Shown here: one piece after another, positions 58,067-64,000 of the stretch | Numbering within the stretch: the first letter of the stretch is position 1 | How the letters are laid out: every line of letters starts with the position of its first letter | DNA from: Staphylococcus phage vB_StaM_PB50 | Length of the DNA stretch: 64,000 bases | Direction: 5' to 3' (one strand) | Sequence record: OR770614.1 | Program-made: the position numbers and the translations under genes | The notes under the pieces: generated by a model | What the model saw: only the letters and a program-made list of their open reading frames with translations | Told to the model about the DNA's origin: nothing | Databases searched by the model: none

Positions 58067-59224
58067 CTATTTGGAATATTCTTTAAATTCTTCAATATCT
58101 TTTAGTCTTTTCTGTTCTACTAATTTTCTATGAAGATTTTTAATAAATTTTTTCTTCTCTTTATCATTTAATCTATAATTAGTTTCTATCATGTTAGACC
58201 AATGATTTTTATCTAGATCTCTATCAATTCTTTTATCTTCAAGATAACTTAAATTATCATTTCTTCTTTTAACATCGGAAAGCACATAATTCATTAATCC
58301 TTCAGTATTAAAAGAAACTTTTTCAACTTTTATATCATGTAAATATAAATATAACTTTTTATCAATAAGAGATTCATTATTTAAAGATTCATGTTTAAAG
58401 AATATTTCAGAATTTTCATCTATATGATAATATTTATACTGTCTTTTATTAAAGAAAGCCAATTCATTATTGGATTGGTTTATGAAAAATTCTGGTCGAT
58501 ATATTAATCTCATTTCATTTCCGCTATTTTCATGAAATTGTAATTCATGTTTTTTAATATAGACCTTTTGATTTTCATCCACTATAACTAATTGAATCTT
58601 CTCATTTACTTCAACTAGTCCAATTAAAATTTTAGTTCCGAGAAAAGAATACTTATACATTTTATTAATATAATCGGAATAAAGTTCAAAAGAAGATTTT
58701 TCTAATTTAGGTAATTCATTTATATCACTATCTATTAAATCTTTAAATTGTCTAATAAAATTATTATCATCCTTTTTCATTTCATCTATATTTTTATAGA
58801 ATATATTTAATAATAATATTGGCAACATTTCAAATGACATTTCATAATCGAATAATTTACCTTTTTCAAATGGATCTATTTTAAAATGTGATGTTTGTGA
58901 TGGATCTCTATCCAATCTAGCATCAAATATTGGTATATTAATATCTCTATTAAACTCTAATTCTGGATGACTTAATAGATAATGTAAAGAATAATATCTT
59001 TCTTTTCCATCAAAAGCATTTTCTAATTTATATGAATGATTAAGTTTATCCATTAATTTTTCTTCATCTAAAGTTATTAATTTTTCAGCTTCTTTAAATT
59101 TTTTATCTTCATTATTATTTATTTTTCTTTTATTTTTTCTAAAAATAATATTTGAAATCACTATTGTAGAGATTCCTCCTACAATACCAGTTCCTGAAAA
59201 TGCATATAACAAAATATCAGACAT
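58067..59224 (-). CDS. hypothetical protein (paralog of 53305..54633)
   Basis: 385 aa, N-terminal TM, shared sequence blocks. Confidence 0.5.
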   Translation of the reverse strand: MSDILLYAFSGTGIVGGISTIVISNIIFRKNKRKINNNEDKKFKEAEKLITLDEEKLMDKLNHSYKLENAFDGKERYYSLHYLLSHPELEFNRDINIPIFDARLDRDPSQTSHFKIDPFEKGKLFDYEMSFEMLPILLLNIFYKNIDEMKKDDNNFIRQFKDLIDSDINELPKLEKSSFELYSDYINKMYKYSFLGTKILIGLVEVNEKIQLVIVDENQKVYIKKHELQFHENSGNEMRLIYRPEFFINQSNNELAFFNKRQYKYYHIDENSEIFFKHESLNNESLIDKKLYLYLHDIKVEKVSFNTEGLMNYVLSDVKRRNDNLSYLEDKRIDRDLDKNHWSNMIETNYRLNDKEKKKFIKNLHRKLVEQKRLKDIEEFKEYSK

Positions 59225-59242
59225 ACATTTATCCCTCCTTTC

Positions 59243-59518
59243 TTAGTTGAAATGTTGAGATCTAATTTCTTCAGCTATTTTTTTCGTTGCTTCTGAATTT
59301 GATTCTCCTAGTTCTTCTATCTTTTTAGCCAAGTAATAATTAACATCATTTTTATCCATTTCCATGTATAATTTTAAAATTTTTTCTCTTTCTGTTGTGC
59401 TTATAAAAGGTCTTCCATCTTGAAATGTTTCATCATAATCTTTTAAATATAAATAATTACTTATTGCATTTAACTTGTTTACGTCTAAGTATTTCTCTAT
59501 TTGCTTTAATTCTTCCAT
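59243..59518 (-). CDS. hypothetical protein (paralog of 55951..56208)
   Basis: 91 aa. Confidence 0.5.
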   Translation of the reverse strand: MEELKQIEKYLDVNKLNAISNYLYLKDYDETFQDGRPFISTTEREKILKLYMEMDKNDVNYYLAKKIEELGESNSEATKKIAEEIRSQHFN

Positions 59519-59620
59519 TTTTTAATTCGCTCCTTAAAATTTATAATTAATTTATTTATACAAAAAATTAAAATAATAAGGATAATGACTAAATAAATAG
59601 CCATTATCCAAATTTAAATA

Positions 59621-59998
59621 TTAACAAAACTCATAAAAATCATAAAAATAAACTTTACCACTTTCTAATACAATTCCATGTAAAGATAAAGCTAAAGTAT
59701 GTCCATGTGCTAATGATGTAACACCTTTATCGAATACTTTTTGCATTACTGAAGCCCAATTGTCTATGCTCTCTTCATAACCACCAAATTTACTTTGTAA
59801 TATAGTATATAAATCTGATTCATAAAAATTATCAATAATATCAGATTTATTTGAATCATCGAAAGAGTCGTCTTCTTCATATGAAGAAATTACTGTGTCT
59901 ACGAAACTATCAATACTTTCTTTATCGATTTCAGTTAAAACATTTCCATCTTTTTCAATTACTTCTAAAATTACTTCTTTAAATTCTTTTTTATTCAT
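59621..59998 (-). CDS. hypothetical protein
   Basis: 125-aa ORF. Confidence 0.45.
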   Translation of the reverse strand: MNKKEFKEVILEVIEKDGNVLTEIDKESIDSFVDTVISSYEEDDSFDDSNKSDIIDNFYESDLYTILQSKFGGYEESIDNWASVMQKVFDKGVTSLAHGHTLALSLHGIVLESGKVYFYDFYEFC

Positions 59999-60017
59999 AT
60001 CCTAAACATCTCCTATT

Positions 60018-60365
60018 TTATATTTGTTTATTTTGTTTTAAATGAGGTATTAACTCATTTAAAACATAATTATCTACTTTGATTCCGAAATCCTCAGCTG
60101 AATCTGTTATCAATATATTATTGAATGTGAATTCATCTTCGAATAATAAAGATTTATCAGAAGTATCAATTCTAAATATTCCCTTTATATTGACTGTGTT
60201 GTTGTAGTTATTTTCGTATTCTATGTCTTCGAAAACTAAATAAACGTTTTCATCATATTTCTCGCTGTATACATTCCAAAATCTGTATAAAGATGATTCA
60301 ATATCCACTCTACCTAATATTTCATTTATAGAGTTTTTTAATTCTACTTTTTCATAATCTTTCAT
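60018..60365 (-). CDS. hypothetical protein
   Basis: 115 aa; AGGAGAGTG RBS; promoter cassette upstream. Confidence 0.5.
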   Translation of the reverse strand: MKDYEKVELKNSINEILGRVDIESSLYRFWNVYSEKYDENVYLVFEDIEYENNYNNTVNIKGIFRIDTSDKSLLFEDEFTFNNILITDSAEDFGIKVDNYVLNELIPHLKQNKQI

Positions 60366-60429
60366 ATCTAATTCACTCTCCTAATTAAATAATATTTTTG
60401 AAATAATGACTAAATTAATAATCGCTATA

Positions 60430-60508
60430 TCACTATAATAATATATATTTAAAATACATTTAAACGCAATATAATAGAGGCAATGACAAGTTAATGTCAT
60501 TACCTCTT
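60430..60508 (-). promoter_or_regulatory. hairpin + promoter-like motif cassette
   Basis: AGAGGCAATGACA..TGTCATTACCTCT hairpin then TTTAAATATATATTATTATAG. Confidence 0.45.
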
Positions 60509-60512
60509 TATC

Positions 60513-60662
60513 TACCTAAATAAATAAAATACTATTACTACAACTAAAATTGCAACTACAATTCCAGACCATCCCATAGGCGGAATTACTGCTAACGGTC
60601 CACGGAAGATAATACCTAATATTAATAATATAACTAATATAGCTATTAACCAAGTAATCATA
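60513..60662 (-). CDS. small membrane protein (about 49 aa), not in ORF track
   Basis: GGAGATAAATT RBS + ATG; MITWLIAILVILLILGIIFRGPLAVIPPMGWSGIVVAILVVVIVFYLFR. Confidence 0.35.
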
Positions 60663-60727
60663 ATTTATCTCCTTTCTTAATTCATATAAATTACATATGA
60701 ATATAAGGATAAAGAGTTGTTTTATAA

Positions 60728-61192
60728 CTATTTAATTACTAGAGTCACTTCTTTAAAATCATTAATATTAAACTGAATATGTGATATATTAAATTTATAT
60801 TTTCCAGTTAAAATGATATTATCATTATATAAATCACTAATTATTTCGTACTCACGATTTTGTCCATCTTTAAATGTATGAGTATATTGATTAGTGTCAA
60901 TACCTAATGATTTTTTTACACTTTTGAAAAGAGATATTATTTCTTTAATTAGCGAATACATTAAAGGATAATCAATTGAAGTAACACTATTTACAGATTT
61001 AATTAATATAGTATCCGATTTTTTATCATATATGAAATTATCTTTAGATGTTTCTTTAATTAAAGCATTGTCAAATATAGTTAATAAAACATTTAGATTC
61101 TTATTTATTTCATTTTTACAATTTTCAACAGAACCTAATCTTTCTTCCATATCTTTCATTTTAGCATTTTTCTTTAAATCAATAATGTCCAT
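60728..61192 (-). CDS. hypothetical protein
   Basis: 154 aa; AGGAGAGTG RBS; promoter cassette upstream. Confidence 0.5.
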   Translation of the reverse strand: MDIIDLKKNAKMKDMEERLGSVENCKNEINKNLNVLLTIFDNALIKETSKDNFIYDKKSDTILIKSVNSVTSIDYPLMYSLIKEIISLFKSVKKSLGIDTNQYTHTFKDGQNREYEIISDLYNDNIILTGKYKFNISHIQFNINDFKEVTLVIK

Positions 61193-61230
61193 ATCCTAAA
61201 CACTCTCCTATTTTCTAATATATTAGAGGT

Positions 61231-61285
61231 AATGACAAATAATATGTCATTACCTCATTTTTATAATATATATTTATTCTTCTTC
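61231..61285 (-). promoter_or_regulatory. promoter-like motif + hairpin cassette
   Basis: AATAAATATATATTATAAAAAT + GAGGTAATGACATATTATTTGTCATTACCTC + TAATATATTAGAAAATAGGAGAG-ATG. Confidence 0.5.
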
Positions 61286-61323
61286 TTGATCATAATCAGG
61301 TCTAGTATCTTTAAGTAAATCTT
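61275..61323. repeat. 49-bp ectopic copy of the 3' end of beta-prime-C last exon
   Basis: TTATTCTTCTTCTTGATCATAATCAGGTCTAGTATCTTTAAGTAAATCT identical to 62391..62439 (encodes ..DLLKDTRPDYDQEEE-stop on minus strand) but here non-coding. Confidence 0.7.
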
Positions 61324-61356
61324 AAAGATCATCTTAAAATTAAAAAAAAATAAAGG

Positions 61357-61393
61357 ATCATAGATATTAGTCTTAATGACTAATATCTATGAT
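61357..61393 (-). terminator. rho-independent terminator
   Basis: perfect 16-bp stem ATCATAGATATTAGTC/GACTAATATCTATGAT, 5-nt loop, followed on the minus strand by a 9-nt T-run; just after stop of 61396..61713. Confidence 0.7.
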
Positions 61394-61395
61394 AT

Positions 61396-61713
61396 TTATA
61401 AACTATCAATAATAGGTGCCAATTCTGCACTAACATTTTCATTTGTTGATTCATAATAAGCACTTATTAAAATTTCTTTAAGTGATAATCCAGGATATGC
61501 TCTTACAATTTTATAGCATTCTGAAATTTCACGAATAGTAAATGAACTAATATGATTTTCATAAGTATCAACTATAGACATAGTTCCTTTATTATCAATT
61601 TCTGCTTGTTCTAATAAAACACTATCATTAATGACTTTTTTATTTCTTTCCGTCATCATTTCAACACCGAATTCGTTAAATAATCTTTCTAATTTTTCTT
61701 TACATATACACAT
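61396..61713 (-). CDS. hypothetical protein
   Basis: 105-aa ORF. Confidence 0.45.
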   Translation of the reverse strand: MCICKEKLERLFNEFGVEMMTERNKKVINDSVLLEQAEIDNKGTMSIVDTYENHISSFTIREISECYKIVRAYPGLSLKEILISAYYESTNENVSAELAPIIDSL

Positions 61714-61733
61714 ATTTATCTTCTCCTTTTTTA

Positions 61734-62232
61734 TTAAGCTTCTTGTAAATCTTCATCGATTAAAGAAATTACTTCTTTTTTCTTATTTTCTAACTCTTCA
61801 ACGTTTAAAGCTTCTTCTAAAATGTAGTTATTTAAAAGAATTGTATCAATTGTAATAGATGAACCATTAATAGTAACATCGACAGTAACAGGAGTTGAAG
61901 AAACTTTTGCATTTAAATTAATAACTTCAGCATTATATTTTTCTTCTAAAGAAGATATGAATTCTTTTATATCTTTTTCTTTATATGCTAAAAATTCAGC
62001 TTCTTTTTTTACTCCTTTAACTGCTTTTCCATATCCTTCAATAGCTTCAACAACTTTACTAATTTGATTATCGTTATTTTCATTAGTGAAAATTGTAAGT
62101 GATTTTAATTCTCTTTGTCTGTTAATGTTAAAATTAGATACCATCATTTCTTTTAATTCTTCGTGTTCCACTACATTAATTGTTAAACCAGTTTTGCTTT
62201 CTAATTCTTTTACTTCTTTGATAAATTTATTC
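61734..62232 (-). CDS. hypothetical protein
   Basis: ORF-track N-terminus MKKEIIIISLNKIKQIMEEFIM is read-through of hairpin + RBS; ATGGAGGAA RBS precedes MNKFIKEV. Confidence 0.5.
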
Positions 62233-62296
62233 ATAATAAATTCCTCCATTATTTGTTTTATTTTATTTAAAGAGATTATGATAATCTCTTTCTTCA

Positions 62297-62386
62297 TTAT
62301 TATAATATATAATTAAAAATATGTATGTTACGCTTTTGCAATATATTAGAGGTAACGCTCAATTTAATGAGCGTTACCTCTGTTTA
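62297..62386 (-). promoter_or_regulatory. hairpin + promoter-like motif + leader hairpin cassette
   Basis: GAGGTAACGCTCA..TGAGCGTTACCTC + TAATATATTGC.. + TTAATTATATATTATAATAATGAAGAAAGAGATTATCATAATCTCTTT + RBS. Confidence 0.5.
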
Positions 62387-62389
62387 GTT

Positions 62390-62650
62390 TTATTCTTCTT
62401 CTTGATCATAATCAGGTCTAGTATCTTTAAGTAAATCTGAATCAATACCAGCACCTAATAAATAATAGTAAGTAGTATTCAAAGTAGTTTTATCAGAAAG
62501 ATCATCAGGTAGATCTTCTAGACGAGTATAACCATACATTGAAATGTTTTTATTCATTTCCTGTTTAGCATTCATAGAGTCTGAACGTGGTCCCATTAAT
62601 TCTCTTAATATATCTTGAGACCCAATTGCTCTTAATGCAGAAGCTTCCAT
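62390..62650 (-). CDS. RNA polymerase beta-prime C-terminal end, last exon
   Basis: SVSNMEASALRAIGSQDILRELMG aligns to RpoC C-terminal conserved block (..[22 protein letters not shown]..); exon start approximate (about 62650-62670), preceded by intron core. Confidence 0.5.
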   Translation of the reverse strand: MEASALRAIGSQDILRELMGPRSDSMNAKQEMNKNISMYGYTRLEDLPDDLSDKTTLNTTYYYLLGAGIDSDLLKDTRPDYDQEEE

Positions 62651-62659
62651 ATTTGATAC

Positions 62660-64000
62660 GCTTGCAACCTTGTCCGAACCTGAAAGTTGCGGTTATCCTA
62701 TATATTTCTATATAAGCCAGACTATATCTTAATCCCAGAGGGATCATTCCTGTTTCGATTTAAAGGGTTCTCACCTACTTTTATTTATAAAAGCCCTACT
62801 CCTATTGCGAAATTTCATCGCTTAAAGGATAGTCGTTGAACCAATTTATTAGTATTTTGTCTATTTTTTGCATTTCATAAAAGTTTATACGAAGTAAAGG
62901 TATTTCTCTTTCTTTACAAAAATTATTTTTTAATTCATCTCTTTTATTTATATCTTTATCTCTAAACATACTTTTTCTATGATTATTATTGTGTTGTCTT
63001 CCATCGAACTCTATTAAAGTATTATTTCCTGATACATAGAAATCAAATCTCAAGCTTTTTTTGTATTTTAAATCAGGAAATGTTTTTTCTTTAATATAAT
63101 CTATATTATTTTTTTCTAGAAATTTGATTATGTTTTTTTCTCCTCTAGAATATGTGTTCCCTAAACGTCTGTCTTTACGACACATAGGACAACCAGGCAT
63201 TTCATATATCCATCTAGGTTGTTTATAAAAAGTATGATTACATTTCACACATTTGAATTTATTTTTAGATGTATTTGTTTTATATTCATCCAGACATATT
63301 ATATCTCCATTAAACAAATTAGACAGCCTTTCTTCAAATTCTTCATGTGTTATAATTTTAAATTTAGGGGGATTACATACAGGACAACTATCACTTTTTC
63401 TTTTTCTTAGTTGTGATATGCTATTTTCAAATTCATGTCCGCATCTTTTATCTCTCATCACTATTTTAGAATTTATATTTTTGTAATCTCCACTCACATA
63501 CTCTTTATGATAAATATTTAATTTCTCGTTTATAGTATTAAAATTAGATTTTTTTAAACTTCTCTTTTTAATACCGCAATGTGGACATACTTTCCCTACT
63601 TTTATTTTTTCAAATGTTCTTTGGAATTCTTTATTACATTTTAAACATACAAAATCCATTTTAGTTTTTGTATTTACATATTCTTTAGATAATAAGATAC
63701 ATTTATTTTTTACTTCTTCTTTTACATCTTCAATACTAAAAAATTTTCTAGACATTATTAATCTCTCCCAATTTTATATTATAAAAAATAGTTAACTGGG
63801 TTAGATAAAATTGCTAATAAAATTGGTGCTGATTTCCCATTATTTCAATACTTAGGACTCTTAAAAAGAGCTTTTATTTCACCATATATCATCTCACTAC
63901 TTGTTTCTACTTTCGTTCCATTTAGGCAAGTGAGCTTTAGGGAGTTCCAGCTTTAAAGGAATTTATTCGACACTATATTGCTATAGTAGAAGGGGCCAAG
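62660..64000 (-). mobile_element. group I intron with HEG in beta-prime-C gene (5' end and upstream exon beyond window)
   Basis: R UGGUUCAACGACUAUCC and S UUAAGAUAUAGUCUGGC between HEG stop and exon; GC-rich structured 5' part at 63760-64000; ORF 62565..62747 is an intronic artefact. Confidence 0.55.
62802..63755 (-). CDS. intron-encoded putative homing endonuclease (3 zinc ribbons + Vsr/DUF559-like domain)
   Basis: three C-x2-C...C-P-x-C ribbons; LRFDFYVSGNNTLIEFDGRQHNNNHRK matches Vsr/DUF559 core (..VEVDGxxxH); GGGAGAGATTAATA RBS; paralog of 26282..27796. Confidence 0.6.
   Translation of the reverse strand: MSRKFFSIEDVKEEVKNKCILLSKEYVNTKTKMDFVCLKCNKEFQRTFEKIKVGKVCPHCGIKKRSLKKSNFNTINEKLNIYHKEYVSGDYKNINSKIVMRDKRCGHEFENSISQLRKRKSDSCPVCNPPKFKIITHEEFEERLSNLFNGDIICLDEYKTNTSKNKFKCVKCNHTFYKQPRWIYEMPGCPMCRKDRRLGNTYSRGEKNIIKFLEKNNIDYIKEKTFPDLKYKKSLRFDFYVSGNNTLIEFDGRQHNNNHRKSMFRDKDINKRDELKNNFCKEREIPLLRINFYEMQKIDKILINWFNDYPLSDEISQ

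Noticed and set aside
9905-62297. N-terminal extensions in the ORF track (MEEFVM.., MKLINFIPIKIIGVEWIM.., MKKEIIINSFFIKLMEEYIM.., MKKDKILIIFLIKINGGIIM.., MKKEIIIISLNKIKQIMEEFIM.., MIIPIPKLIGIGIFYYINKKEIYYKM..)
   Set aside because: Each extension is the translation of the cassette hairpin plus RBS. A GGAGG-type RBS sits 6-10 nt before the internal Met, and paralog alignments start at that Met.
10225-62386. Recurrent palindromic repeats (GAGGTAATGA..TCATTACCTC etc.) considered as a CRISPR array or MITE family
   Set aside because: Repeats are themselves inverted repeats (hairpins), spaced by whole genes (0.5-10 kb) rather than 25-40-nt spacers, and are tied to promoter-like motifs and RBSs. They behave as terminator/5'-leader hairpins, not CRISPR.
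62565-62747. ORF 62565..62747 (60 aa, minus strand)
   Set aside because: Lies entirely within the group I intron core between the HEG and the beta-prime-C exon. No RBS. Likely a spurious ORF.

Overview
AT-rich (~25-28% GC) 64-kb segment of a large, probably jumbo, tailed phage of a low-GC Gram-positive host (LAGC lipoboxes, GGAGG-type RBSs). Region 1-5.5 kb has plus-strand late-type genes: a phage_holin_4_1-like holin and a 998-aa tail fibre, ending at a bidirectional terminator. From 5.5 kb onward almost everything is on the minus strand. That part is dense arrays of small early-type genes, many in expanded paralog families, nearly all preceded by a conserved promoter-like AT motif (TAAATATATATTATAA in gene orientation) plus a hairpin and an RBS. 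It also carries DNA-metabolism genes: DnaG-like primase, NAD-dependent ligase with an adjacent HNH endonuclease, RecA-like recombinase, and an HU-like protein on the plus strand. The most striking content is pieces of a phage-encoded split multisubunit RNA polymerase of the phiKZ/AR9 type: beta-N and beta-prime-N adjacent, beta-C, and the end of beta-prime-C. These are interrupted by five group I introns of one sequence family. Two carry triple-zinc-ribbon/Vsr-like homing endonuclease ORFs, one sitting exactly inside the catalytic DxDGD codons of beta-prime. Three are compact ORF-less derivatives of 160-185 nt inside beta-C. Several ORF-track entries are therefore exons rather than genes, and several N-terminal extensions are artefacts of reading through hairpins. 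Coordinates of non-ORF features are hand-counted and may be off by 1-3 nt.
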